In this document: positions 14,849 to 27,609 of the stretch, piece by piece | Layout of the letters: every line of letters starts with the position of its first letter | Numbering within the stretch: the stretch's first letter is position 1 | Assembly: GCA_025594325.1 (NCBI GenBank) | Contig: JANHCV010000007.1 | Coordinates: 1,488,001-1,552,000 of the forward strand | Direction of reading: 5' to 3' | DNA from: Blastocladiella emersonii ATCC 22665 | Taxonomy: Eukaryota > Fungi > Blastocladiomycota | Length of the DNA stretch: 64,000 nt | The notes under the pieces: generated by a model | What the model was told of the DNA's origin: nothing | The model's input: only the letters and a program-made list of their open reading frames with translations | Databases searched by the model: none | Position numbers and translations under genes: made by a program

Positions 14849-16408
14849 TCACCGCGCGAACGCGTCCGGGCGACCCATCGCGCCGCCAGCTCTCGCCGAC
14901 CAGGACGTCGCCGCCGACGAGGATGACGGGCCGGGCGACGACGCGGGCCTGAACCCAGCGAGATGCGGCGCGAGGACCATGGCCGGCCCCGCCGCCACAT
15001 CCTCCTCATCGCTATCGGTATCCGACTCGACCTCCGCCGCGTGCGCGGCCATGGCGTGTAGCACGCCGGCGTGCATGGTATCGACGATCGCCGCGAGCTC
15101 GGTCCCCGCATGGAACCGGACGACGGGGATGCCGTCACGTTTGGCGGTAGCGAGGAGGCGGTCCTGCGTGTCGCGCGCGCGGCGCACCGCGTCCGGGTCG
15201 GCCGCGAGCGTGTCGTTGACGAGGTCGGCGTGAACCCGCAGATCGTCGACGACGACGAGGAACGCGACCACGAGCCCGTCTCCCGGTTTCCCAGCGCGCG
15301 CGGCGGCGAGGACCGTGGGCGAGGTCGCATCGGGGCCCTCGAGGACGACCGATTTGCCGTCGGCCCAGCACTTGGCGAGGTCGCCCGCGAGCGCGCGCGC
15401 GACGTCGGCCTCGTCCCCTGCACCGAGCAGCTCGCGGGTGACGGCGGTCCGTACGACGGCCGCGACGTTCATCCTGTCGGCGAGCATCGTGGCGAGCGCG
15501 GCGCCGACATGCCCGCCCGCGGTCCCCCCGACCGCGAGAACGAGCGGGCGGCGGCGGCGGAACCACGCGCGCGACAGGTACGCGTACCAGGCGCGGACGG
15601 CGGGCGTCGCGTAGCCCCAGCGCGCGAGCAGGACAAAGAGCTCGGCGTCGAGGTCCGACTGGGTGACAGTCAGGCGGTGCGCGTCGACGAGCCGCTGCTT
15701 GAGCGCCAGCGCGATGGGGACCGCGTGCCGGTGCGCGATGCCCGTCGCGCACAGGTACCGCGCGGTCAGGAAGCGAGACAGGATGTACGACCGCGCATGC
15801 ACGTGCGACGGGTCGTGGTCGGTGGTCGGGAGCAGGACGCGGACTAGATGCGGGCGATGTGATCAGATCGGGGGTCCGCGAGTGCACGGTGGATGAGGGG
15901 AAGTACCCTTGACAAAGTCGTACTTGCTTGACGTCGCTGGCCGCCGCGCGAGCTTCCCCATCCCCGGCCCGCCTTCCGCCACCCCATCACCCTCCCCACT
16001 CCCCTCCTGGTGCCACGCGGCCATGAGCTCGAGCCGCGTCTGCTCCCACTGGCGGCGGCGCAGGCGGATCTCCTCGGGGTCCGTCGTCACGCCGCCCGCG
16101 ACGCGCAGCGCAGCAGCGGACGCTGGCGGCGGCTGTTGCGGCGGGACCGAGGCGCGGTGGTCGACGGGGCACACGGGACACGGCAGCGCCGTCCCGGCCT
16201 GGACCGCGCACGCGCCGTGGTGCGCCGAGTGCGGGACCGACGGGTCGCACGAGCGCGGGCGCGGCGGCGGCGGTGGGGATGCGGTCACGGAGATGCGCGG
16301 CGCGGGTGATGCGGCCGGTGATACCCGCTGCATCGGCGGCGGAGGTGGCGGGGGTGGCGCGATGGCGGGCACGGCGGGCGGCTCGTGGCAGACCATGGTC
16401 GATATCAT
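14849..16408 (-). CDS. 2-phosphoglycerate-kinase-like P-loop family protein (degenerate Walker A), 2 exons (16408-15907, 15843-14849)
   Basis: SSKYDFVK|VRV..YILSRFL..IALALKQRLVD..VTQSDLDAELF..PLVLAVGGTAG matches the plant/fungal family. Intron 15906-15844 is in phase. Confidence 0.75.
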
Positions 16409-16732
16409 TTGGCGCGAACATTGCGGGGAGAGAGCGTCTGCGGCGAACGTTCCCCTCGAGCTTCCCGGCCGGGGAACCGGCGGCGGCGGCGTGGGATGCG
16501 CAGTGGAGCCAAGGCGCTAACCCGGCGGGTCTCACACGTCCGAGTGTGGCGGGACGCGTCGATCCCGCCCGGCCCGCCACGGCTGTCCGTTCTCACCTGA
16601 TCCCGGGTTTGCCCGTTGCCGATCCTGCCGCCCGGATTCGGCGCGTCTCCTCTCCGCAACCGTAATCGGCCCGCCATCTCTCCTCCCGCAACGAATCTGA
16701 CTGACCCTCTCTCACTGCAACGCATCAGCACC

Positions 16733-17304
16733 ATGTTCCTCCGCGCGGCCACTGCCGCCGCCAAGTCGGCGACCTCGCGCCTGACCACCACGACCTCCAC
16801 TACCGCGACCCCGCTCGCGCGCCGGTTCCTGTCGTCGACCCCACCACCACCACCACCATCCTCTTCCGCCTCCGCCACCGCGTCCGCATCCGCGTCTCAC
16901 CCGGCGTGGCTGCGCGGTCTCGCGCGGTTCGCCAACGGCAAGCAGCCGGGCGACCGCGGGTTCTGGACCGAGATCGGCGTCGTGTTCACCGTGTTTGCCG
17001 TGACGGGGTCGTCGTCGCTCATGGTCGTGCGCAAGTCGCTCAACGCGGCGCTCGGCGTCGAGGGCTCGTGGCGCGACGGGCCCAACGCGTGGCGCGCGGG
17101 TTACGTCGTTTGCGGGCTGCCCATGTGCGTTTCTCGCGTGGATCTTGCATGCGTGCGTGGACTAATGAACGGCGCGATAGGTACTCGATGATCCTCCTCA
17201 CGCTCGGCACGCTGTCGGGCCGCGGCGCCTACTTCCGCACCGTGCTGCACCGCATGTACGGGCGCATCCTGCCGCGCCGCGTCGCTGACAAGCTCAAGCC
17301 GTGA
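16733..17304 (+). CDS. Small membrane protein with a mitochondrial presequence-like N-terminus (DUF6787-like)
   Basis: VFTVFAVTGSSSLMVVR..PM|YSMILLTLGTLSGRGAYF. Intron 17125-17180. Confidence 0.6.
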
Positions 17305-17740
17305 TGCTGCTCGGGTTGGGTGAGATCAGACTGGATTGTACATAAATGTCTCGTGGTTGCTTCCAGTTGATCCTCGCGGGATGCGGGAGCGGTCGTTGCG
17401 CTGCCGCGACCTGTCCTCGCGCGACAACGCTACGCCGATGGCCGATGCGCTTGCTCGCCCTTCGTTGCCCCGTCTAGAATCCAGAATCCAGAACCTTGAG
17501 AAGCTCACACTCCAGGCGGCCATCCTTGGCGACGCGAGAGTCGTCGCGCCAGTGGTCGACGAGACGCAAGTGGCCGACCAAACCCTCTGTGCGATAGCCA
17601 GGAGGGCTCGGTGTTTGAGAGATACGGGCAGAAATGAACGGACGGATGGATGCTTTGTGCAACAGTGCAGCAATGGAATGAACGTGCGGTGAATGGGTAC
17701 AGCTAGGGAACAACAACAAAAACAACTTCTCTCCTACTTC

Positions 17741-19637
17741 TTACCACCCCATGAGCGCCATCCCCTGCGTCCGACGGACCTCAGCGACCTCGAACGCGTC
17801 GTCCGCGACCTGCTCGGCGTCCGTCTGCGCGACGCGCTTGTGGCCCTGGCGGCGGCGGCGCTGGACGAGCGCGGCCACGACACCGGCGACGACGGCCGCG
17901 GCCACGCCGATGGCGACGAGCGGGAGCGACGACGCGGTGGTGGTCTCGGTGCCGGTAGTGTTGGCAGCCGAGGCAGCCGACGCGGCAACGACGGTCTCGG
18001 TCGGAACCACCGAAACGGCCGTCGTCTCCGAGTGGTCGTGCACCATGTCGTTGCCGCCCCAGTACCCGTTGTTGCCGTGGCCCGCGTGGACGGGCGCCTC
18101 GTACGGCTCCCACGCGTTCACGTCGTCGGCAGCGTGGGTGCGGTGAGCGGCGGCGGCAGCGGCGGCGGTCATGGTGCGGGTGGCGGCGGCGTGGTGCTCG
18201 AACAGGCTCGACCACGCGCCCGAGTGCTTGGCGCGGCGGTCCGCGGGGACGTACGGGGCGTAGACGGAGCGCCACGCAAACTTGAGCTTCTCGTCGGAAC
18301 CCTTCTCGATCCCGATAACAGCGACCGGGTGCGCGTACTTATCCTTGGCGCCCGTCGACGGCCACTGGTACCCGCCCGCGACGAGGAGCTGGTCGCCGAC
18401 AATGAACGCCTGGGGCGCAACGGCACCCTGGGCAAGCGCCGCGTTGGGCGTCGGGCCCTGCACGTCCGTGACGAGCTGCACGGTGCCGGTCAGCAGGTCG
18501 AGCACCTCGAGGAGGTACGCCTGCCCGTTGGCCGCCGCCGACGCGTGGTACCCGCCGACGTGCACAATGTACCGGTCGCCGGCGCCGTACTTGAGCGAGC
18601 GGTGGTTGAACCGCGCGTGCGCGAGGTCGGCCACGCGCGTCCACTTCCCAGAACCGGCGGCGAGGAGCCACTGGTCGCGCAGCTGCACGCCGTCGCGCGC
18701 GCCGCCCGACACGAGCACGTGCGTTGCGTTGACGCGGACGACCGAGGCGAGCGAGCGCGGCTCGGGGCCGGTCTGGCCGGTCACGACACGGGTAACGTTG
18801 ACGGGCCCGTGCGCGTCGATCGCGACCCGGGTCACATCCTTGACGAACGCGTGCTCGGTGGCGTTGACCCCACCAAAGATGAACGCGGGCATCCCGCTGT
18901 GCTCGTAGCGCGCGTGCGACAGGGAGTGCTCGCGGACCAGCATCTGGGTCTCCGCGACGTCGCTCGCCACGTCCTTACCCTTGGCGAGGTCGTACGTCAC
19001 GACGCGCGTGTTGCGGGCCAGCGTGCCGTTCGCGCCGGCCGTGTACCCGCCGACGAGCGCCACCGTCGACCCGCGCAGCACGGGGACCGCGCCCGCGAGA
19101 CCGCGCGGCAGCGCGTGGTGGTGCGCGACGGGCAGAGCCGAGTTGGCGTCGAAGGCGCGGCTCAGGTCGAGCGACAGGACCGAGGAAGCGGGGACCGAGC
19201 CGGGCGCCATGCCTAGGTTCGCGGGAAGAGAAAGGTTAGTGGACGGTGGCGGGTGCGGTGTGAGGGTGGGGAAGAGAGGGTAACGCACCGCCAAACATGT
19301 ACAGGCGGTCGCCCGTGTACACGAGCGCGGCGGCCGCGAGCTGGTCGGCGGCCGCCTGCACGTCGACGTGCTCGCCGCCGGCCGGGTGCGGCTTGCCAGC
19401 GCCGCCGTGGAGGGCGGGGTGCGTCGCCGTAGCCCAGGCGGTACGAGTGCGGGTGCCCGTGGCGCCGGCGGTGCGCGTCATGGTGCGAGTAGCGCGGGTG
19501 GCAGCCGAGGGGCGGGCCGTGGCGACGTTGCTCAGCGCGGGCGTGTCATGCGCCTCGCCGTTGTGCGGGGCGGCGGCGGCCGTGGTGGCGAGGAAGGCCA
19601 CGAGGACGATGGCGAGGAGCGCGGACGGGCGCGCCAT
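17741..19637 (-). CDS. Secreted/single-pass kelch (beta-propeller) protein, 2 exons (19637-19289, 19212-17741)
   Basis: Signal-peptide-like N-terminus MARPSALLAIVLVAF, kelch-type GG motifs (LYMFGG, ALVGGY, FIFGGV, LVSGG, VHVGGY, LVAGGY), C-terminal TM helix followed by RRRR. Confidence 0.65.
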
Positions 19638-20125
19638 TCTGACGAAAGATGCTCGTGGGGTGTGTGTGCAAACGAGCGAGAGGGAGGAAGAGGGAGGAGG
19701 TTGCTGGCCCAGCAGCAACGAGCAAGGTTTTATCAGGGAGGGAGGGAGTGAGGGAGAGCGAGGATAGGAGGGGGGAGCCGTTGCCTTTAGTACCGCCCTC
19801 GTCGACCGTCCTCCGGCTTGGCGAGGGGCTTCCCGTCACCACTCGCGTTTCCGACGGGCCTTCCACATCGACTCAGGCGAGCCGGCCGGCCGCGGGGATC
19901 GGATTCGTTCTCCGAGCGTCGGGGCCGTCGGCTCGCAACGGCTGCGGTGGTCACGGCCGCACGCGACGATGCGGCGGCGGGAAGCGGCGCACCGTTGCAG
20001 CGACGAAGCGGCCGCCGCCAACGAGGGTGGGAGACATTTCGAGACGGTGCAGAGCAGAGCAAGGGTGATATAGGGTGTTTATTACCAGCGAACAGAGAGG
20101 GGTGAGAGATGATTTACACAAGAGG

Positions 20126-20776
20126 TTACGCGAACAGGGCAGCCGCGCCAGCGACAGCGGCGCCGAGGACGGCGGCAACACCGCCCGAGACCGAGGCGGA
20201 GCCCGCCGACTTGGCCGCCGCGGCCGCCGCCGCCGTCGCGTTGGCCGCGGGCACGGTGGCCGCGGGCGGGTCGGTGACCGAGACGCCGGGCGCGGGGCGG
20301 GGCGAGTTCTTCTTCTCCTCGTCCGTCTTGGGCACCTGGTCCCACGCCGTGGTCTTGCCGCCCTCGCACACCTGGGTGACGGGGAACACGATGCGGGTGA
20401 CCGCGTCGGGCGTCTTCCACTGGAGCCCGAAGTCGGCGTACTGCGAGTCGGGGATCGCCGGCCCGTTGTTCCACGTCACCGTGTCGACGGTCGTGTTGAT
20501 GGTCTTGCCCTCGGACGTGATGGGCGGGTTGAGCGGGCGCGTCGTGATGGTCACGGTCCAGCCCGGAACCGCCTGCGGCTTGACCGACGACACGCCGTCG
20601 GGGATCTTGACCGTGATACCGGTGGTCGAGGCGCCGTCGCACCCGTGCGGCACGCGGACGGCCGACACGGCGTACGAGTTGCGCGTCACCGTCGGCGGGT
20701 TGAGCGTGACGTGGGCCGACGCCGACGTGGCGAGCAGGGCGAGGAGCGCGGCAAGGAGGACCGAGGGGGTCTGCAT
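20126..20776 (-). CDS. YcnI/DUF1775-family copper-binding protein, secreted and probably GPI-anchored, intronless
   Basis: Signal peptide ending SA-HV, VRVPHGCD, VKPQAVPGW, TVTW, FPVTQVCE..W, hydrophobic C-terminus. Confidence 0.85.
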   Translation of the reverse strand: MQTPSVLLAALLALLATSASAHVTLNPPTVTRNSYAVSAVRVPHGCDGASTTGITVKIPDGVSSVKPQAVPGWTVTITTRPLNPPITSEGKTINTTVDTVTWNNGPAIPDSQYADFGLQWKTPDAVTRIVFPVTQVCEGGKTTAWDQVPKTDEEKKNSPRPAPGVSVTDPPAATVPAANATAAAAAAAKSAGSASVSGGVAAVLGAAVAGAAALFA

Positions 20777-21788
20777 CTTCTACTGGCTGGCTTGAGGTCG
20801 AGCTTGGGGTTGGGGAGAGCACTAAACGGAACGAGCTAAGGGAGCAGAGGTCAGGGACGACCGTTGAGCCGCCTTTTGTAGCGACGGGCGGGCGAGTGTT
20901 CAGCAAAAGGGGCGAATAAAGTAGCAGGTCGGTCGGTTTGCATGAAGCGAAAGTGGGAGGCGCCGCACACGTGCAGGTCTCATGAACGGCTTGCGCGAGC
21001 ACACACGCTGATTGGCTGGGGCGAGGACAAGGGCGCGGGCGCGGGCGCGGGCGCGGTCAACACAAGCCGCGTGGCGAGCGCAGCAAGGGCGACGGCGAGT
21101 TCTCGCGGCGGGATCGCCCGCACGCAAACTTGCATGCAAGGGTGCATGGAGGCGCAGGGGCGACACGGTCGTGGTGGTGGGACGCGCGAGACGTGGGAGA
21201 GTCGTGGGTGCGTGACAGCACGGTCGGGCGGCACATGGGTGCGACATGGCCGAGCTCACTCATGCCAGCGCGACGATGGCCAAGGACAGGACGGTGGTGA
21301 GTGGGTCAGCGTTGCACAGGTTCATCGGTGAGCGATTCATTCCATCGCGGAGCTGCATGGCGGTTGAGGTCGACGGGGATCCATCGGGAGCGCGGATGGA
21401 GGGGCGCGGGGCCCGCGGACCTTTTGTACCTCGGCAACGTGTCCGAAAATCGCGCACGGTCGATGGAAGCGCGGAAGCAGCAAGGGGCTGAGGCGGCAGT
21501 GCGCGATTTTTCTGCGAGGAGGCGATGCTTAGCTCGAGAGGAGTGACAGGTGCCTTACCACGTGACGCAGTCGCTCCACCAGGTCGAGTGGCGTCGCCCG
21601 CTTCGACCGCTCGCGCCGCCTTTTTCATCGCTGCCGACCCCCGAAACTTTATGCAACTTCATGCAGCCGCGCTGGCAGCGCGCACCGTCCATCAGCCACG
21701 AACCGCCGTCGCCTTTGAGTCCTGACATGGAGACCTGTATGGCGCGCTCTCTCCCGCTCTCCCCGACCCCATCGCGCACCGCGCCACC

Positions 21789-23639
21789 ATGAACGCCGCC
21801 CCGCGCGGACACTGTCCCGATCCGCAATGGCGACTGACCTCGACGCTGTCCAACCCGCGCCGCCGTAACTCGCTCTCGTCGCCCTCGCCGTCGCCCACGT
21901 CGCCGCATCGCCGCGGCCTCGACCACCGCCGCTCCGTCAACGCGCTCGCGACCTACGCGCCACCGTACCATGCAGCGACCGACCAGCGCCGTGGGTCGAA
22001 CGGCGCTGCTACCTCGGCCGCCGAGCAAGGTGCGTCCGACTCGCCCATCGCTGGACCTGATGATGGACTCTAACGATCCCGCAGAGCGCCTGAGCTGGCA
22101 GACCGCCATGCGCGCGGCCACCGTCACCTCCGCCACCACCTCGCAGCAGGCCTATACCCCGCCGCACGCGCGCCAGCCGCAGCAGCCCACCGCCGACGAA
22201 GGCACCAGCACGGTGCAGCCGCCCAAGCTCGGCCGCCGCCGCAGCCAGGCCGTCCTCGACCCGAACGCGCCGCCGCGCGAAAAGGAGGAGCGGCCCAAGT
22301 GGCGGTGCCGCGAGTGCGATTTTGACAACTTTTCGAATCGAAAGTCGTGCAAGTCGTGCAATACGGCGCGGCCCGCGGACGTCGTCTTTTTCACGTCGGC
22401 GAACGCGCCGCCGCTCTCGGCTGCTGCGGCTGCGGCTGCGGGTGCGGCTGCGGGTGATCCGAGCGACGCGCCGGCGGCCCCGGCCGCCGCCTCAGCCCCG
22501 GCCGCTGTGGAGCCCGCGAAGGATGCGGCCGTGCCTGCGCCCGCCGCGACTCCGGTGCCGGCGGCCACCCCGCGCCCTACTTCTCGCTCCCGCTCGCGCT
22601 CCAAGTCGCGGTCCAAGTCGCGCTCGCGTTCCCCGGTGAAACCGGCGGCGGCCGCGGTTCCCGCTCCTGTCGCGGTTGCTGCTCCCGCTCAGCAGAAGCC
22701 CTCTCCGGCTCCCGCGCGCGCCGCGTCGCCCGCGAAACCCAAGACCGTGCCCGCACTAGCACCCCGCCCTACCGCCGCCCCGCTGTCTATGACGGACCTC
22801 GAGCCCGAACCGCCCGCACCCGTCTCGGGGTGGGAGGACCCGGCCGAGTACCAGTGGCGCGCCGGGCCCATGCCGCTGCCCGCCGTCCCGCCGCGCACCT
22901 CGGCGATCCCGGCGTACATTGATCCGTGGACCGAGCCGTCCGCGTTTTACGGTACGCCCGCTTTCGAGACGTCGTCGGTTTGGAGATCGAGGCTGACTCC
23001 TGCGTGTGTGTAGCCACGATCCGCGCGCCGTCAGCCAAGTCCTCGCCCGCGCCCACGCCGCAGCGCCGCCGGTCGCCGTCGCCCACCAAGTCCAAGCCCG
23101 CCGCGGCCACTGCGGCGGGTCCGCTCGAGACTACCGCGCGCGACCTGAAGTCGGCCCTCCCCGCCTCTTCCCCTGTGCCCAAACCCACCCCCGCCCCCGC
23201 GCCCGCGACGCCGTCGGGCCCCACGCGCCGCCCGTCGACGTCGACCTTTGTCGCGAAACGCCTGATCGGCGCGGCCCTCGGCAAACGCCTGACGACGTCC
23301 GCCGACCGCGCCGAGCACGAGTCCAAGCTCGCGGCCGCGCGCGCCGCCAACGCCGTGCGGCACGACCCGCCGCTCCCCGCGCGGCCCATCGCGATCTCGG
23401 GGACGTCGGCGGCCGTCTCGGCGCTCCGCGTCGGGTCCGCGATCAGCCCGCCCGTCACGCCCACGTCGCCGAACGCGCCGGCCAACGGTGGGGGGCCGTT
23501 GAGTCCGCCGGGCCGCGCGCTCACGCCGCCCGGGCGTACGGCGACGGGCGGGCGGGGCGCGGGGACCGCGGCGGATAATTGGGAGCGGTACGGCGAGGTG
23601 GCGAGTGCCGACAAGCATCGGCGGAGTGGTGGGTGGTAG
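21789..23639 (+). CDS. RanBP2-type zinc-finger protein with a SUZ-C-like motif, 3 exons (21789-22029, 22085-22951, 23014-23639)
   Basis: WRCRECDFDNFSNRKSCKSC (W-x-C-x2-C-x3-N-x6-C-x2-C) and VAKRLIGAALG. Both introns are in phase. Confidence 0.62.
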
Positions 23640-23693
23640 ATGTAGAGGTGACTTGTGGTGTATAACAACAGACGTGTCCTATTTTGCACATCA

Positions 23694-26077
23694 TCACGGC
23701 GTTGTCTCGGAAGCAGCGAACAGCCGCCGGCCCTGCGAGAAGAACTTGGCCGCGCGCTCGCCGAACAGCAGCGAGCCCGTCGCCGGTGCCGCCGCGGCCG
23801 CGGCCGACGGGTGCGCTGCCGCGGCGGCGGGGAGAGGGGACATTGGGCTCCGCGGCAGGTGCGAGTTGCGCCGGCCCGACGCCGAGAGGAACCCGCCGTT
23901 GCCGGACGACGACAGGTTTGCCGTCGCGACGGTCGGGCCATTACTGCCCGCCAGCGCAGCAGCGGGGACGGGCGGGACCACGATCGGCGCGAACCGCGGG
24001 ACCACGACGGATGGCGGGTCCGGGAACGCGACCGTCGCCGTTGTCGCTGCTGGCGCACTCGGGGCAGGCGACGCGGTCCGCAGCCCCGCTGCTGGCGTCC
24101 CCGCCCGCTGCTGCGGCTGCGCGTCGCCCGCGGCGGGCACGGCGAACAGTAGGCCCCAAGCCTGCATGCACGTATCGACGACGGATCCGGCCTTGGCCAG
24201 CGCGTCCGTGTCGTCCGGGTACAGTGTCGTGAGCGTTGGTTCCGCGAGCTGCGTCCCGCACACGCGGTCGATGAACACCAGGTCCGCAGCGACGGCGGGC
24301 GCGGGCAGGTGCCGCTGCGCGGCGTACTCGGCCGCGAGCCAGCCGGCCGTCGCAGTCAGGACGGCGCGGGTGCAGGACTACACGGTTCACATGTCAGCGG
24401 GCGTTCAGAACCGGGTCGGGTGAGCAGCGTACCTCGATGTGCATGAGCCCAGCGTCGTGCAGCGCCGAGAGCAGGAGGAACACGAACCGGACGAGCCCCG
24501 GCGCGGGCGGCACCGCAGACTCCGTCGCGAACGGCGCACGCAGCTCGCGCACCAGGCCGCGGTGCTTGATGCACCACCGCTTAGTCCACGCGCGCAGGTG
24601 CGTCATGCACTGCGCCGCGGCGCGGTCCGTGTCGGCGTCGCCCAGGATCTCGCCGATGACCGACAGGCGGTGGACCGTGTCCTCTACATACGCGATACTG
24701 GTCAGTCCGCAGTGTACGACGATGAAGGGAGCAGAGTCGCGTACGAATCGGCCCGCCGAGGTTGAGTCCGGCAAAGAACGCATCGACCTGCGCTGCATAG
24801 TACTTGGCCTCGCGCGGCATCCCGGCCTGCTCGCGGCGCAGCGCGGCAAACGCCTCGCGCAGCGGGACCAGGGACGCCGGGAGCCCCGCCGTCGGCGCGA
24901 GCTTGGCCGCGAGCGCCTCGGCCGCATTCTCGCGCCCTTCCACACCTGCCACGACGCCGGCACTCTGATCGCGCAGCGCCGTGAGCAGCGCGTCAACGGT
25001 ATCCTGGTGCAGCGCAAACTGGACATCTGCGAGCCACCCCCGCCACGCGTCCGCAGTTTTGGGGGACGCGTCCGTCGCGCGCAGGTGCCGTTCGAGCGCG
25101 TCGGCGGGGAACACGACGTTGTGCTGGCGCATCCACGCCGCGAGCGCCGTCTGCACGTCCGTGGTCCATTGCGCCAGCAGGGCAGGCGGGATCGCGAGCT
25201 GCGTCGCGACGCGGACCGCGCCGAGCGCGCGGGAGACGGCGGTTTCCGCGGTGTCGTCGCCCAGGTGCGTGTCGAGCACGCCCAGGACCTGTGCGCGCTG
25301 CTCGGCCAGGTACGACGGGGCCAGGTCCGACCCGACGTGCGCCTGGACCGCGGCGTACTCGGCGACGAGGGAGGGACTGGGGGCCGCGGCGGCGCGAGCC
25401 ATGTGCGCCGTGAACTCGTGCCCGAGCAGGGTGCGGGTCGAGGACAGCGTCATCTAGCAGCGAGGAGATGTGAGCGGTGGACTTGAGGGACGACGCGGGC
25501 AGAGCGTACCGCGTGGAGCGGGTTCTTGGACGGAGACTGCGCCGCGGCCTCGAGCTGCCGGATCGCGGCGCCGTACTGGTTCGTGCACAGCGACGACCAC
25601 GCCTACACGTTTGGGAGTGTCAGCTCGCGTTCGCAGTCGATGGCCGACCCGGGCGTACCTCGTCCAGCACCGCCAGCGCGCTGCGCACAACCGGTCCGTT
25701 CGCAGCCCGCGCCGTCTCAGCAGCCGCAGTCGCGCCCTGCGGCGCCCAGTTGCGCAGCCCGTCGACGGCCGCGCTGAGCTCGTGCGCGGCGTCCTTGATG
25801 GACGCGACGCGCTGGCACGACGCGAGCAGCGTCGGGTACCCGTCCCTACACCCGCCCGGCGTCAGCCGCTGCTACAACGGCGTGGATCGAGTGAGGGAGC
25901 GTACGCTAGCATCGTCCCGAGCATTGCCTCCTTCTTGGCCGCATCGTTGCTACACCACGCCCAAGAGCGTCAGGGCCGCGTCGACCCGCGGCGCGACAGC
26001 GCATACCGCAGCTTGGCGGCAATGTTGGCGAGGTCCGCTAGCGAGTGCGTTGCGAACAGCTGCTTCGTGTTATTCAT
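23694..26077 (-). CDS. Multi-exon helical protein, N-terminus resembling Vps51/COG1 tethering subunits
   Basis: MNNTKQLFATHSLADLANIAAKLR..GYPTLLASCQRVASIK resembles the Vps51 domain. Exon boundaries are only partly resolved. Confidence 0.42.
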
Positions 26078-26291
26078 GGCGGCGTGAGGTGGCGTGGAGG
26101 GGAGAAGAGGGGCGACGCCGCGCTCGACGTGGCGTCGGTGGTCGCGGCGACGGCGGCGTCGGCGGCGGCCCCGACGACACACCGTGTGCCGCCGTGTGGA
26201 TTGCCGCGCCAGACTCGATGCAATGTAACCGCCGTGACTGCGACTCTGACGACCGCCTCCCGCCCGCCGTGGCGACGACGACGCAGCAAAG

Positions 26292-27587
26292 ATGCTGAAG
26301 TGGAGCCAACGCCTGCGACCAGCAGCGACATCGCGGCCCATGTCGACGGCAGCGCACGTCGCGGCGCTCGTCAGCGGGACCGCCGTGCTCAACGACTACT
26401 ACACGGCGACGGGGACCGACCCGATTGTCCTGCAGCGCAAGGGTACCGACACGGCACCCTCGTTTCCCGTCGCGGTGCACGTCGTCGAGTCAGCCGCACA
26501 CCTCGACGCCCTCGCCGACTTTGTCTCCAGCGCATCGCACGTCGCGCTGGACGTCGAGCACCACGCCGCAGTCCCCGTCGTCCCGCGCGTCTTCACCCTC
26601 GGCGCGCTCGCCGCGCCCACCAACCAGTACACCAAGAAGTACGTGGACGCGGTCGCGCGCAAGGCGTGGCTGCGGCACATCAAGCTGCGCAACGCGGCCA
26701 ACGGCGCGCTCCTCCCTCCCGCCCCGCCCGCCAAGTCGCCGCCCAGCATCCAGCTCGCGGCGCCCGACCCGCAGAACGGCGTCACGCGCGTCTGCTACAT
26801 CCTCCTGTACGACCTCGCGCGGAATGCGGGCAAGCGGCGCCAGCTGCAGGCCGTGTTCGCGCGGCGGCCCGGGCCGTACTTCGTCGTGCACGGCGCTGGG
26901 TCCGATATGGCGCTGCTCCGCAACCATGTTGGGGTCTCGGTCGAGCGGTCGCGCGTGCTTGATCTCCAGTCGCTGTTCCGCGTGTGGCGCGAGGTCTCGG
27001 AGCAGGTCCTTGACCGCGACGGCGGCGCGATCGACCCGCGGCTTCTCGCGTGCCGCGGCCGCTGCAACGGCGGCAACTGTGCGTGCCCGCACCGCCCGTC
27101 GCTCAACGTGCTGCTCGACGCGTGCGGGCTCCCGCGGAACCCGTTCAAGAACGTGTCGACGGCCGTGGTACGGCGCTTCGTCGATCCGACTCGAGGGCGG
27201 TGCTAACATCTCGATCGCCCGTCTGTAGAAGCGGCAGCACACGCTCGCGTACGGCGCCTTCGACGTGGACCAGCTCATCCCGGCGTTCAACTTCATGCGC
27301 GAGGCCATCGCCGCGCTGCACGCCGTCAGCCCCGGCGGCCGCGTCATCGTCCCGCCGCGGTACCTCCGGCCCGTGTCGTCGTGCTTTGTGTGATTCCATG
27401 TCGCTATACAAGTTTTGTCTTAGACGTCTCGCCTGTCGCCATCGTCTCGGACCGCGACCGCGGTGACGCGGTGGTCTCGAAGCCGAGTCGCGGATTCGAC
27501 GCCGTCGCCTCCCCCAACGAGACCCCGCCGCCCATGCAACCCTACTACGCACTCCCGACTTGCTGCACTTTATCCGCCGGGCCATAA
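26292..27587 (+). CDS. DEDDy 3'-5' exonuclease (RNase D/WRN/EXD-like)
   Basis: ExoI ALDVEH, ExoII VHGAGSD, VLDLQ, ExoIII YGAFD after intron 27168-27228. The 3' end is uncertain. Confidence 0.75.
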
Positions 27588-27609
27588 TAGTTTTTAAACG
27601 AGAGAGAGA

